A stretch of 64,000 nucleotides of DNA from Geobacter sp. (GCA_009885845.1 VFJW01000014.1:1175-65174), one strand, 5' to 3'. Positions 38,704 to 48,545 are shown, counted from the first letter of the stretch. Program-made: numbers and translations. The notes: generated from the sequence alone by a model not told the origin.

Positions 38704-39674
38704 ACACTACCCCTCTTCTCAGCGCAGTTGATCTGCATAAAACATTCAAAGTTTCTACCCGGAATCACACAACCGGAATGTTGACCGCCCTCGATCAGGT
38801 TTCCCTGCATCTGACAGCCGGCGAGACTCTCGGGATCGCCGGTGAATCGGGATGCGGCAAATCCACCCTGGCTAAAATCATGGCCGGTCTCCTCATGCCT
38901 GATAAGGGAAACGTACTTTACAAGGGCACTCAACTGAAACAGCTTGGACAGAAAGATCAGATTGCATTCCGGCGTAAAACACAGATGATCTTTCAAGACC
39001 CGTTTTCGTCACTGAACCCCCGTATGCGGGTTGGAGACAGTATCTCGGAACCGTTCAAAATCGCCGGCATGACTGCCGCGATACAACACTCAGAACTTAC
39101 CCGAATCATGACAGCGGTCGGGTTGTCGAGCGAAGCTGCAAACCGTTTTCCCGATGAGTTTTCGGGAGGGCAGCGTCAACGGATTGGAATTGCGCGTGCA
39201 CTGGCAGCATCTCCTGAAATCCTGATCGCCGATGAACCGGTGTCTTCACTCGATATTTCAATTCAAGCCCAGATAATTAATATCCTGCTGCAAATGAAGA
39301 TCGACTTCGCATTGTCCATGATAATTGTCTCTCATAATTTACTGATATTACGTCATATCAGTGACCGGATTATCATCATGTATCTTGGTGCAATTGTTGA
39401 ATCCGGTCCTGCTTCAGAAATTTTTCGCCGCTGCAGGCACCCGTACACTGAGGCACTCATCTCAGCAATCCCGGGGTTCCGCGCTGCCGCCGCATCCAGA
39501 AGCGAATTACTTCAGGACGATCTGCCCTCCGCACTGTCAATCCCGACCGGATGCCGCTTTCATCCACGCTGCCGTCATGCGGTAGAACTCTGCCGCCACA
39601 ATGTTCCAGCGATGGATACTTATGGAATTGATCACACAGCTGCCTGTCATTTGAGCGGTAAGTTGTACGGATGA
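38700..39674 (+). CDS. ABC transporter ATP-binding protein, OppF/DppF type
   Basis: Walker A GESGCGKST, FSGGQRQR and the C-terminal Cys motif CRFHPRC. ATGA overlap with the upstream gene. Confidence 0.9.
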   Translation: MNTTPLLSAVDLHKTFKVSTRNHTTGMLTALDQVSLHLTAGETLGIAGESGCGKSTLAKIMAGLLMPDKGNVLYKGTQLKQLGQKDQIAFRRKTQMIFQDPFSSLNPRMRVGDSISEPFKIAGMTAAIQHSELTRIMTAVGLSSEAANRFPDEFSGGQRQRIGIARALAASPEILIADEPVSSLDISIQAQIINILLQMKIDFALSMIIVSHNLLILRHISDRIIIMYLGAIVESGPASEIFRRCRHPYTEALISAIPGFRAAAASRSELLQDDLPSALSIPTGCRFHPRCRHAVELCRHNVPAMDTYGIDHTAACHLSGKLYG

Positions 39675-39771
39675 GAGAAACCATCCACTCAAAATTGTAT
39701 CGAGACCGGTTTTTGGTTGACCCGCACAGAATCCATATATATGATAAAATAAAAATGAAGGAGCCTGAGCT

Positions 39772-40044
39772 ATGGCCTTTGATAAGGAAAAGAAATTTAC
39801 AAAAGAAGCAGATGTACTAAAGGTATTGGGCCACCCGATCCGCCTCAAGATTGTTGCGGGTCTTTGTACTCAGGAGTGTAACGTGAAACACATCTGGGAA
39901 TGCCTCGGACTGCCTCAGGCAACTGTTTCCCAGCATCTGGCCCTGCTAAAAAACAAGGGAATAATTGACGGTAAACGTGAAGGCGTGGAAGTTCACTACA
40001 GCGTAATTAATGCGTTTGCGAAGAAAATTATCAGTTCGTTATAA
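39772..40044 (+). CDS. ArsR family transcriptional regulator (90 aa)
   Basis: LKVLGHPIRLKIVAGL...ATVSQHLALLKNKGII. GAAGGAG is present upstream. Confidence 0.85.
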   Translation: MAFDKEKKFTKEADVLKVLGHPIRLKIVAGLCTQECNVKHIWECLGLPQATVSQHLALLKNKGIIDGKREGVEVHYSVINAFAKKIISSL

Positions 40045-40869
40045 TCTTGCCGCGAGGTTGTTACCCGTTTGAGCCTGCGCCGTCAGGTAAAGTACTTTGT
40101 ACGTTGCGGGGATACGCCCGTTAACACCGAACTTTTCCTGATACAACCGGGATGTCTCCTGTAATACCCCTCTCCATCCCAGACCGCTTCCCGAACCACC
40201 AGCCACCGCTCCCGCTCCGATGTTTTTTATTGACTTCAACAAAGAACTCAGGTCGTCATACCAGTCCACTTCCGTTTCAACGGTAACAACAGCCCGTTTA
40301 AAATCCATGCTGTTCACGATCGACATTACTTCATCCACAGCCCTGAAACCGTGCAACCGTGTTGTTTTTTGATTACTGGATCTGCCGTTCAGATTGGACG
40401 CATCCCGAAAACAGCCATGAAGCTCCGCCAGAGTCCCCTGACAGAAGAAAGCCAATCTGACTTCACCGCCCGGGAGCAGGACCCTGTGCATCTCATGCAA
40501 TGCTGCGGATAGATTGTCCACCCATTGTAGTACGGACGCCGACACGACCAGATTAAACACCCCGGTTCTAAACGGAAGGGCTTCAGCAGATCCGGTTACG
40601 ACATTGCAGTCAGCACCCAGCTTCTGTCGGGTATGCAAACACATGTTTCGAGCGATATCAACTCCGGTCAGACGGGCAGCAGGATACAGTGAATGTAATT
40701 TTTCCAGCATGGCTCCGGTACCAGTTCCAACATCAAGAATGAGTTCCGGTATTCGACTCTGACACAGCTCTACAGATCCCGCCAGTTGTGCCACAACCCG
40801 TTTCTGGACAAGAACATGAGTATCATATTCCTCAGCTTTTTGATGAAATGCGGCGGCAATCCTGCTCAT
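40039..40869 (-). CDS. bioC: Malonyl-ACP O-methyltransferase BioC
   Basis: Class I SAM methyltransferase motif ILDVGTGTG. N-terminus FHQKAEEYDTHVLVQKRV, typical of BioC. Lies downstream of bioF-bioH. Confidence 0.8.
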   Translation of the reverse strand: MSRIAAAFHQKAEEYDTHVLVQKRVVAQLAGSVELCQSRIPELILDVGTGTGAMLEKLHSLYPAARLTGVDIARNMCLHTRQKLGADCNVVTGSAEALPFRTGVFNLVVSASVLQWVDNLSAALHEMHRVLLPGGEVRLAFFCQGTLAELHGCFRDASNLNGRSSNQKTTRLHGFRAVDEVMSIVNSMDFKRAVVTVETEVDWYDDLSSLLKSIKNIGAGAVAGGSGSGLGWRGVLQETSRLYQEKFGVNGRIPATYKVLYLTAQAQTGNNLAARL

Positions 40870-40870
40870 A

Positions 40871-41698
40871 TCAGTCCTTCGTTCCAAAGATGCTCCTTGA
40901 AAATTGGATAATTTCGGCATTAAACAGCTTACTCTGTGTAAGAAACGGGGCATGCCCGCAACCCGGTATCACGGTTTGTTCAGCTCCTGGAATGTGTTTT
41001 CTCAAATAGGTTGATGCCTGCGGCAGGCAGATACGATCATGGGTGCCATTCAGAATTAACGTCGGAATGGCAATAGAGGCCAGTACGTGACGCATGTCTG
41101 CCCGGGTAAGCGTTTCAAGTGCATCGAGCAGTGCGGTGGAGTCAGGCGACGGCATTTCTGAAAGCAACTGTTTGATTTCTGAAGCGAGGTGGTGACCTTC
41201 GAGCTCTCCTTCAGCAAAAATGCGCGAGAAAAATCCCTCCAACGCACGCTGCGAGTTTCGCTGTACTTTCAAGCGCATCCCGTCTGCTTCACTGCCTTGT
41301 AGACCGAAAGGGAAATCATCTGAAGCGGTAAAACGGGGAGTTGCCGATACCAGCACCAGACCGGCCAGCCTGTCAGATAATTCGGTTGACGCATGCAGTG
41401 CGATTTGTGCACCCATGGACCAACCAACAAGAATAACCTTCGAAAGTTCAAGACAATCGAACATATCGATCAGATCATTGGCAAAACCGTCAAAACTCAT
41501 ATGACCGGCACTCCCCCGCGATCGGCCGTGACCACGAAGATCAGGCGCCATGATACGCAGATCGCCAGAGATGCCGGCAAACTGATATTTCCAGACCGCG
41601 GATGACATACACCAGCCATGAACAAGTACAACCGGACACCCGATCCCCTGTTCTTCATACCACAATTGTTCACCACTGCGGTTCCGATACCAGCTCAT
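40871..41698 (-). CDS. bioH: Alpha/beta hydrolase, pimeloyl-ACP methyl ester esterase (BioH-like)
   Basis: HGWCMSS and the nucleophile elbow GWSMGA. The start overlaps the bioF stop (TGATG). Its position between bioF and bioC supports the call. Confidence 0.75.
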   Translation of the reverse strand: MSWYRNRSGEQLWYEEQGIGCPVVLVHGWCMSSAVWKYQFAGISGDLRIMAPDLRGHGRSRGSAGHMSFDGFANDLIDMFDCLELSKVILVGWSMGAQIALHASTELSDRLAGLVLVSATPRFTASDDFPFGLQGSEADGMRLKVQRNSQRALEGFFSRIFAEGELEGHHLASEIKQLLSEMPSPDSTALLDALETLTRADMRHVLASIAIPTLILNGTHDRICLPQASTYLRKHIPGAEQTVIPGCGHAPFLTQSKLFNAEIIQFSRSIFGTKD

Positions 41699-42870
41699 CA
41701 CACTACTCCAAGCCGCCGGCCGACTGTGCAGATACATTCAACTGCAGCGGCCAGATCGGACCGGATATGCGTAGCCATCAGAGTAAAACGGAGGCGACTG
41801 GTGCCTTCCGGAACAGTTGGAGGGCGAATGCCCTGCGCAAAGAGCCCTTCAGCCAGAAGCGCTTCTGAAAACTGCATGGTGGTATCGGTCGGGCCGATTA
41901 TCAACGGCACAATCTGGGTCGTGCCGTCAGGAATGCTGAAACCGGCAGCGACAAGACTGTCCCTGAAGAAACGGGTGTTGGCATGTAACCGTTCTCTCAA
42001 CTGGTCTCCTTCCTCTGCCTGAACAATCTCTACCGCCGCCTGCGAAGCCGCCAGTACCGACGGTGGCAACGATGTTGAAAAAATAAAGCTGCGCGCCCGA
42101 TTGATCAGAAGATCACGCAATTCGGCTGAAACAGCGGCATATGCACCAAAACTTCCCAGAGCCTTGCCGAAAGTTCCCATCTGAATATCAACCTCATCCC
42201 CGACACCAAGCAGCTCAGCACTCCCACGCCCCTGCTCTCCGAGGACACCGCACCCATGAGCATCATCTATCATAAGCAACGCTCCATGGCTTCGTTTGAG
42301 CGCGGCAAGTTCCTTCAAGGGTGCGATATCACCATCCATGCTGAACACGCCATCGCTGACAATCAGACAGCGTCCTGCAGAATGTTCATCCATAAGTCGG
42401 GCAAGTGCGTGCACATCATTATGAGGATAACGCACCAATCGTGCCCGGGAAAGGAGTATCCCGTCAATTATACTGGCATGGTTAAGTCGATCAGAAAATA
42501 CAACGTCACCCCTGCCGACCAGAGCAGGAATAATGCCGGTGTTTGCGGCATGGCCACTATTGAAGATCAGCGCTGTCTCACTCTTTTTAAAGGTGGCAAC
42601 AGCCTGTTCCAGTCGCTCGTGCAGCTCCATGGTTCCGGACACCAGACGGGAGGCCCCACTCGAAGTTCCATACTGTTCAATTGCCTTCATCGAAGCTGCT
42701 GCCAGAGCGGGATGATCGGCCAACCCAAGATAATTATTGGAACAGAGCATAAGGACATCGAGACCATTGCAGATAACCCGGGCCGCCTGCCGGCCGCTGA
42801 CGAGCCGGGTACTTCTGAGCAATCCACGGTTTCTGATCATTTCAAGTTCATTTTGTACTGTTCTGATCAT
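41698..42870 (-). CDS. bioF: 8-amino-7-oxononanoate synthase
   Basis: PLP-dependent class II aminotransferase with the GTFGKALG lysine motif and SNNYLGL. Confidence 0.9.
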   Translation of the reverse strand: MIRTVQNELEMIRNRGLLRSTRLVSGRQAARVICNGLDVLMLCSNNYLGLADHPALAAASMKAIEQYGTSSGASRLVSGTMELHERLEQAVATFKKSETALIFNSGHAANTGIIPALVGRGDVVFSDRLNHASIIDGILLSRARLVRYPHNDVHALARLMDEHSAGRCLIVSDGVFSMDGDIAPLKELAALKRSHGALLMIDDAHGCGVLGEQGRGSAELLGVGDEVDIQMGTFGKALGSFGAYAAVSAELRDLLINRARSFIFSTSLPPSVLAASQAAVEIVQAEEGDQLRERLHANTRFFRDSLVAAGFSIPDGTTQIVPLIIGPTDTTMQFSEALLAEGLFAQGIRPPTVPEGTSRLRFTLMATHIRSDLAAAVECICTVGRRLGVV

Positions 42871-42884
42871 CTCTGCCTTCCTAC

Positions 42885-42916
42885 TGGTAAACCTTTTTTT
42901 AAATGATGGTTGACAA
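42885..42916. promoter_or_regulatory. Candidate BirA operator (bioO-like dyad) upstream of bioF
   Basis: Minus strand reads TTGTCAACC-N14-GGTTTACCA. Each half matches the E. coli bioO half-site TTGTAAACC at 8 of 9 positions. It lies 15-46 nt upstream of the bioF ATG. Confidence 0.4.
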
Positions 42917-42923
42917 TGGTCCT

Positions 42924-42954
42924 AAAAAAACTCCGTCGTGATTTTCGACGGAGT
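42924..42954 (-). terminator. Rho-independent terminator after the guanylyltransferase gene
   Basis: Minus strand reads ACTCCGTCG-loop-CGACGGAGT followed by a T7 run. Confidence 0.7.
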
Positions 42955-42967
42955 ATCTATTGAACAT

Positions 42968-44044
42968 CTAGAGGTAGGCCGTCAATCCGGCAGCTCCCAA
43001 CTGCTCAACAACTTTCTTTACATCCTGGCAGCGCTCACGATCGCAGACCAGTATGGCATCCTGCGTGGACACAATCACCATATTATGAACACCGACCGTA
43101 GCGACCATCCTACCATCCGAATAAATCAAACAATCAGAGGAATCGACGGCTATATGCCCGCCTGCATTGACACAAACAGTCCCCGAGTTGTCTGGCTCAA
43201 TAACCTCCGGCAATGCGCTCCAGCTCCCGACATCACTCCACCCCATCTCGGCCGGCACCATCTGCACCTTGGCAGACTTTTCCATCACCGCGTAATCGAT
43301 TGAAACGCTCTCAAGGTCCTGATATAGAGCCGCAATCCGCTCCTTCAAACCGGCATCACCTGAATTGCCGGAGTGTAGCAAGGGTTCAAGTTTTGCGCGC
43401 AGAGAAGGCATATACGCCGCCATCTCTTCAAGAATCGTATCGGCCCGCCAGATAAACATGCCACTGTTCCAGAAGAAATTCCCTTCATGCAGATAGCGTA
43501 CAGCTTCATCAAGCGGCGGTTTCTCGACAAAACGCGTAACCGGAAACGGCCCCTGTCCTGTTATTGCCGTCATATCCGCCTCGATATACCCGTAGCCGGT
43601 CTCAGGACGCGACGGCAGGATACCAAGCGTTACCAGAGAACCCCGGCCTGCGGCCTGCGCCGCAAAAACGAGTGTATCGCGCAGTGCTGTTTCATTTTTA
43701 ATAAAATGGTCTGCCGGAAGCACAGCCATGACTCCGGAAGGATCACGGGCAGCAATCAGAGCGGCGGCAAGCCCGATTGCCGGAGCGGTATTTCGTCCAA
43801 CCGGCTCGGCAATAACGTCAATCGGCACCGAGTCATAGAGCGACATCTGGCGACTTGTTTCTGCCGCCTGCAGGTGGTTGGTTACAATCAGAATGCGCTT
43901 CGGATGAAGTGGCAGCACTCTCTCAACCGTTCTCTGCAGCATGCTTCGGTCACCGGTAATCGAGATTAGCTGTTTCGGGAGAGCAATTCGAGAAAGCGGC
44001 CAGAATCTGGTTCCTGAACCTCCGGCCAGAATAACAATGTACAT
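42968..44044 (-). CDS. Mannose-1-phosphate guanylyltransferase (NTP-transferase part only)
   Basis: MYIVILAGGSGTRFWPLSR. AGGAG precedes the ATG at 44044. No C-terminal cupin domain. Confidence 0.9.
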   Translation of the reverse strand: MYIVILAGGSGTRFWPLSRIALPKQLISITGDRSMLQRTVERVLPLHPKRILIVTNHLQAAETSRQMSLYDSVPIDVIAEPVGRNTAPAIGLAAALIAARDPSGVMAVLPADHFIKNETALRDTLVFAAQAAGRGSLVTLGILPSRPETGYGYIEADMTAITGQGPFPVTRFVEKPPLDEAVRYLHEGNFFWNSGMFIWRADTILEEMAAYMPSLRAKLEPLLHSGNSGDAGLKERIAALYQDLESVSIDYAVMEKSAKVQMVPAEMGWSDVGSWSALPEVIEPDNSGTVCVNAGGHIAVDSSDCLIYSDGRMVATVGVHNMVIVSTQDAILVCDRERCQDVKKVVEQLGAAGLTAYL

Positions 44045-44104
44045 AGTGGAACTCCTGTTATTTGAACAAAACAAGACTATTACTGACGCAAACGGGTAGT
44101 AACG

Positions 44105-44524
44105 TTACTTATCATTTTCTGAGTTAATTTCAGATAAAATGTCTTCCAGATTATCAGGAACTGTATTCTCACAGCGATTGTAATCATCATTGAATCGGAC
44201 GATATCGTCTTCGCCCAGGTATTCACCGCTCTGGACTTCAATGATAACCAGCGGTATCTTCCCCGGGTTTTCAAGGCGATGATTCTGACCGATCGGGATA
44301 AAGGTCGACTCATTGACATTAACAATCTGCTGGTTATCGCCACAGGTAACAAGTGCCGTGCCCGACACCACGATCCAGTGTTCGCTGCGATGATGATGTT
44401 TCTGCAGCGACAGGCGCTGACCGGGCAGGACCTCAATACGCTTTATTTTGTAACTCGTGTTCTCATCAAGAACAGTATAGGTGCCCCAGGGGCGTTCTCC
44501 GCGTTCCATTAGTGATCCTTTCAT
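44105..44524 (-). CDS. Cupin domain protein (type II phosphomannose isomerase C-terminal domain-like)
   Basis: RPWGTYTVL...IKRIEVLPGQRLSLQKHHHRSEHWIVVSGTA...ENPG. Confidence 0.8.
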   Translation of the reverse strand: MKGSLMERGERPWGTYTVLDENTSYKIKRIEVLPGQRLSLQKHHHRSEHWIVVSGTALVTCGDNQQIVNVNESTFIPIGQNHRLENPGKIPLVIIEVQSGEYLGEDDIVRFNDDYNRCENTVPDNLEDILSEINSENDK

Positions 44525-45360
44525 AGTGGTGGTATGTTTCTAAGAGCAAGGTATTTTCGCAGGGCATTTTTCCAGGCTTGCGGATGGAAACCGGTATCAT
44601 GCGTCAATTTACCGCACTCAAGTGTCGAATAGAGCGGCCTCCGTGCCGGACGATTCAACTCGGCAGTTGTCATTGACCTGACCGAAACCGGCAGACCGGT
44701 CTCTTCAAATATCGCCACGGCAAATTCATTCCAGGTACAGTACCCGGAATTTGCCACATGATAGATTCCCCGGCAACCCTTGTCAATCAGAGCAATAACC
44801 GCCTGCGCCAGATCCATTGTCCAGGTGGGGGAACCGGTCTGATCATCAACAACTGTCAGCTCATCCTTTTCCGATCCCAGTGTCAGCATGGTCTCGACGA
44901 AATTTTTGCCATGCAATCCGAACAACCACTGAGTCCGCACGATCAGATGTTCCGTGCAGAATGCGGCGTTCATTTCTCCGGCAAGCTTTGATTCACCGTA
45001 GACACTGAGTGGACAGGGAGCATCATCCTCAACATACGGTGTTCCTTTGCCGCCGTCAAAAACGTAATCGGTACTGATCTGTACCAGCAAGGCATTATTT
45101 GCCCGGCAGGCCATCGCCAGATACGCCACTCCTTCACCATTGACTGTCATCGCCGTCTCAGGGTTGCTTTCGCACCCGTCGACATCAGTATAGGCAGCGC
45201 AATTAATCACGACCTCCGGCTTTAATTCACCCAGAAGCTTCAATACCTCACCGGGCGAGGTAATGTCGATATCATCAATATCAACACCACGGCCACAGTC
45301 ACCAAGGAGCTGCATCAGATCGCGGCCCAGCATGCCGTTTGCTCCCACCACCAGAATCAA
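44521..45360 (-). CDS. rfbD: dTDP-4-dehydrorhamnose reductase
   Basis: ILVVGANGMLG, YTDVD and YGESKLAGE. TTG start overlaps the rfbB stop. Confidence 0.9.
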   Translation of the reverse strand: MILVVGANGMLGRDLMQLLGDCGRGVDIDDIDITSPGEVLKLLGELKPEVVINCAAYTDVDGCESNPETAMTVNGEGVAYLAMACRANNALLVQISTDYVFDGGKGTPYVEDDAPCPLSVYGESKLAGEMNAAFCTEHLIVRTQWLFGLHGKNFVETMLTLGSEKDELTVVDDQTGSPTWTMDLAQAVIALIDKGCRGIYHVANSGYCTWNEFAVAIFEETGLPVSVRSMTTAELNRPARRPLYSTLECGKLTHDTGFHPQAWKNALRKYLALRNIPPL

Positions 45361-46442
45361 GCGGCACCTCTGTTATACTGAACCTGGTAATACTCAAGGT
45401 ACGCACCGGAGGTCACATCAGCCACCCATTCCTGATGGGCAAGGTACCAGTCGATCGTCTCGGCAATACCCTCCTCAAAGGTGTACGAAGGGCTCCAACC
45501 GAGATCGGATGTAAGGCGCGAGGCATCAATGGCATAGCGACGATCATGGCCGGGGCGATCTTTGACAAAGGATATCAGCGCCCGGTTTTTGCCCTCCGGG
45601 CGGCCAAGTCGACCGTCCAGCAGATCACAGACCAGATTGACGATATCAATGTTTTTCCATTCGTTGTTACCTCCGACATTATACACCGAACCGGGCACAG
45701 CCTTTTTCAGCACCGTCTCGATTGCTACTGCATGATCCCGGACGTGCAGCCAGTCCCGGACGTTTAATCCATCACCGTAGACCGGCAGCGGCTTTTCGTT
45801 GATGATATTATGGATCAGGAGCGGAATCAGCTTTTCCGGGAAATGGTACGGACCGTAATTGTTGGAACAGCGGGTATTAAGGGTCGGCAGGCCGAATGTT
45901 TCATGGTACGCCCGCACCAGCAGGTCGGCTCCCGCCTTGCTGGCCGAATAGGGCGAATTGGCTGCCAGTGGAGTTTCTTCGGTAAAGTAGCCGGTATCAC
46001 CCAGACTGCCGTACACCTCATCTGTTGAAATCTGAAGAAAACGGAAGTCAGGTACAACGCCGGATTGCCAATGTTTGCGGCTCTCTTCCAGCAAAACCTG
46101 CGTGCCGAGTACGTTCGTACGGACAAATAGTTCCGGGCCGGTGATGGATCGATCAACATGGGATTCTGCGGCGAAATGGACCACCGCATCAATCCTGCGG
46201 GAGGCAAGAATTTCTGCTACAAGAGCAGCATCACCGATATCACCTTTAACAAAGCGGTAATGCGGGTTCTCTTCTACCGCCGTCAGATTCTTCAAATTAC
46301 CGGCATAGGTAAGACAATCCAGATTGGTGACCATGCATAATGGATTATTGGCCATATAGGAATGAATGAAATTGGAGCCGATAAAGCCGGCTCCTCCGGT
46401 AACCAGAAGGGAAACAGGGGTACATGTCATGGTGAATAGCAT
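45357..46442 (-). CDS. rfbB: dTDP-glucose 4,6-dehydratase
   Basis: LLVTGGAGFIGSNF, YSASKAGAD and NNYGPYHFPEKLIP. An alternative ATG lies at 46430. Confidence 0.95.
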   Translation of the reverse strand: MLFTMTCTPVSLLVTGGAGFIGSNFIHSYMANNPLCMVTNLDCLTYAGNLKNLTAVEENPHYRFVKGDIGDAALVAEILASRRIDAVVHFAAESHVDRSITGPELFVRTNVLGTQVLLEESRKHWQSGVVPDFRFLQISTDEVYGSLGDTGYFTEETPLAANSPYSASKAGADLLVRAYHETFGLPTLNTRCSNNYGPYHFPEKLIPLLIHNIINEKPLPVYGDGLNVRDWLHVRDHAVAIETVLKKAVPGSVYNVGGNNEWKNIDIVNLVCDLLDGRLGRPEGKNRALISFVKDRPGHDRRYAIDASRLTSDLGWSPSYTFEEGIAETIDWYLAHQEWVADVTSGAYLEYYQVQYNRGAA

Positions 46443-46555
46443 CCTTTCATAAAAACCCGATTGGCGAGGGAACCCTTCAGGCTGTTTTCTTTTTTCTGCC
46501 GTTCTGGTATGGTGACGGCATCCCGACCAAAATTATGTATCGAAGGAGCCCCACA

Positions 46556-46738
46556 ATGTCAGCTCAATCCAAATGCCGCTGCAGTGCCGATCACCATGGC
46601 CATCTCTGTATGCTGAGAAGCAGCGGGCTGTACGATGAAATTACCGCCGTGAGCAGTGATCCCAAATTTTACTGTTTTACCTGCGGCGGCGAAGCCAACT
46701 GTTCTGAAAACCTGTGCGATCCGGCACCGATTGAGTGA
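46556..46738 (+). CDS. Small Cys-rich hypothetical protein (60 aa)
   Basis: GAAGGAG lies 7 nt upstream of the ATG at 46556. Cys residues at KCRC, HLC, YCFTCGGEANCSENLC. Confidence 0.5.
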   Translation: MSAQSKCRCSADHHGHLCMLRSSGLYDEITAVSSDPKFYCFTCGGEANCSENLCDPAPIE

Positions 46739-46765
46739 GGCCCACCCTGACGGATCAGGGCAGCG

Positions 46766-47167
46766 CTAACACCCGCAACCGCAATTATGGCAGACTTTCC
46801 TGAATTCTCCGGACGGAGCAATCGTTTCCGGAGCAAACGCCACACGTCGAACCGCTAAGCTGATATCTTCCATAATATCAAGCTTCCCGCTCTTTCCGAT
46901 TATATGGCCGATGCATTGATTGCTATGGCCATCCTGCGGAGAGGAAATTTTCACCACGTTGAGCAGATCGGCATAACTGTTGATCTCAATAACCGTGTCT
47001 TGATTGTTCACGACACTCACATGTACCCCCAACCGCTTCATTTCTTTGACCAACCCCGCCAGAAAATCCTGAAACAGCTGACTGTGAAAATCGACGAACC
47101 ACTCTTTTCTGAGAAAGGCGTGGTCGTGTATCGCAATAACCATCTGCTTTATCGTTTTGCACGCCAT
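46766..47167 (-). CDS. Hypothetical protein ending in CHNCGCGC
   Basis: ATG at 47167, just after the stop of the upstream gene. No recognisable domain. C-terminal Cys/His cluster. Confidence 0.6.
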   Translation of the reverse strand: MACKTIKQMVIAIHDHAFLRKEWFVDFHSQLFQDFLAGLVKEMKRLGVHVSVVNNQDTVIEINSYADLLNVVKISSPQDGHSNQCIGHIIGKSGKLDIMEDISLAVRRVAFAPETIAPSGEFRKVCHNCGCGC

Positions 47168-47189
47168 TGCAATTATTCCCTGAAAGATA

Positions 47190-47687
47190 TCATAGCTGCG
47201 ACGGACATCCGGCATCCCACATGGCAAAACCGGCGCCGGTAAGATTCAGAAACGAATCAATCCGTTGGCGGAAATAGTCACGCTCACCGGCCTCCTTCAA
47301 AACGATGGAGAGTTCTTCAGCAGAAATCAGATGTTGCCGGTGCAGATAGCGGTATAATTCGATAATTGCGGTCAGATGCCGCTCCAGCATGCCAAACTCC
47401 GGATCCAGCGTATGTGTGATAAACCAGGAACCGGCAAAAGTGGTTACAATACCGGGCTGTGGGCGGACAATATTCTGGCGCCCGAAGTCAATCAGGTAAT
47501 CACGCAGATAGAGATCGGCACTGAAGGCTAGTTCAGAGGCCTGCTCAGCAGGCATCCCCTGCTGCTGAAGAAAAAGATAGAGCTGTTTCAAAATCTGCTG
47601 ACAGCGCCCGTCAACAAGCAGCTCCTCGTCTATAGTGTCAAACGTGAAGTCATCATGTTCAAATACAATTTCGGGATTCTGCGTCAT
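47190..47687 (-). CDS. Hypothetical protein (165 aa, acidic N-terminus)
   Basis: Clean ATG ORF co-directional with 46766..47167. No recognisable domain. Confidence 0.6.
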   Translation of the reverse strand: MTQNPEIVFEHDDFTFDTIDEELLVDGRCQQILKQLYLFLQQQGMPAEQASELAFSADLYLRDYLIDFGRQNIVRPQPGIVTTFAGSWFITHTLDPEFGMLERHLTAIIELYRYLHRQHLISAEELSIVLKEAGERDYFRQRIDSFLNLTGAGFAMWDAGCPSQL

Positions 47688-47728
47688 ATTTTCGTTGTTC
47701 TTTCTTGAATAGAATTAGTAGTGAAGGC

Positions 47729-48439
47729 TCAATGCATCATCAGGCTGGTGACTCCCAGAACAAGTCCGCTTTGTGGGCCGGCAAGCAGTTGAACACCTAT
47801 TTTGAGTGCCGGGGAAAGGATGTACGAAAACAGGTTGGTAAAAAACACCAGCGCAATGATTATCATCATCCCGTACGGTTCGATACGGGACAGGGCGTTC
47901 GCCTGCTTATACGGCAGCAAACCGACCAACACACGCCCACCGTCCAGCGGTGGCACCGGGATCATGTTGAAGATCGCCAGCAATAGATTTATGTAAACTG
48001 AAAATGCCAGCATCAGAACAACCGGCTCAACCAGCATTGCAATGGGCGAACCGGAAGTGGCCGGATTACCGAACGCTACCAGACCCCGAAGCAAAAACGC
48101 AGAAACTGTTGCGAGAATAATATTGGTGATCGGTCCGGCAACCGCCACCCAGATCATGTCACGCTTGGGATTACGGAGGTTTTCAAACACAACCGGTACT
48201 GGCTTTGCCCACCCTATACCGATGAAGAATATCATGAGAGTGCCTATGATATCAATATGCTTCAGAGGGTTGAGCGTCAAGCGGCCCATCATTCGCGCGG
48301 TCGGGTCACCAAAACGCCAGGCGACATATCCGTGAGAGACTTCGTGACAGACAATAGCCAGCATACCGGGCACAAGCATTACTGATAGCTTGAGGAGGAA
48401 ATTTTCCATGTGGTTCCTTTGAACTGAATAAATCTGCAC
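47729..48439 (-). CDS. Site-2 protease family (M50) membrane metalloprotease
   Basis: HEVSHG (HExxH) in TM1, LNPLKHIDIIGT, and a second motif NLLLAIFNMIPVPPLDGG. An alternative ATG lies at 48409. Confidence 0.85.
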   Translation of the reverse strand: MQIYSVQRNHMENFLLKLSVMLVPGMLAIVCHEVSHGYVAWRFGDPTARMMGRLTLNPLKHIDIIGTLMIFFIGIGWAKPVPVVFENLRNPKRDMIWVAVAGPITNIILATVSAFLLRGLVAFGNPATSGSPIAMLVEPVVLMLAFSVYINLLLAIFNMIPVPPLDGGRVLVGLLPYKQANALSRIEPYGMMIIIALVFFTNLFSYILSPALKIGVQLLAGPQSGLVLGVTSLMMH

Positions 48440-48530
48440 ACCTTCTAACAGAGTGTACCATCAAAGTCAATTGCAAGGCTCCCGTCTGAAACGCAGAAAA
48501 GGCGCGAATGCTCCATCTCGCCAAAATATT

Positions 48531-48545
48531 TGGCACTCATCTTGC
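48531..48545 (+). promoter_or_regulatory. Sigma54 (-24/-12) promoter upstream of glnN
   Basis: TGGCAC-tcatc-TTGC is an exact match to the TGGCAC-N5-TTGC core. It lies about 112 nt upstream of the glnN ATG. Confidence 0.6.
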
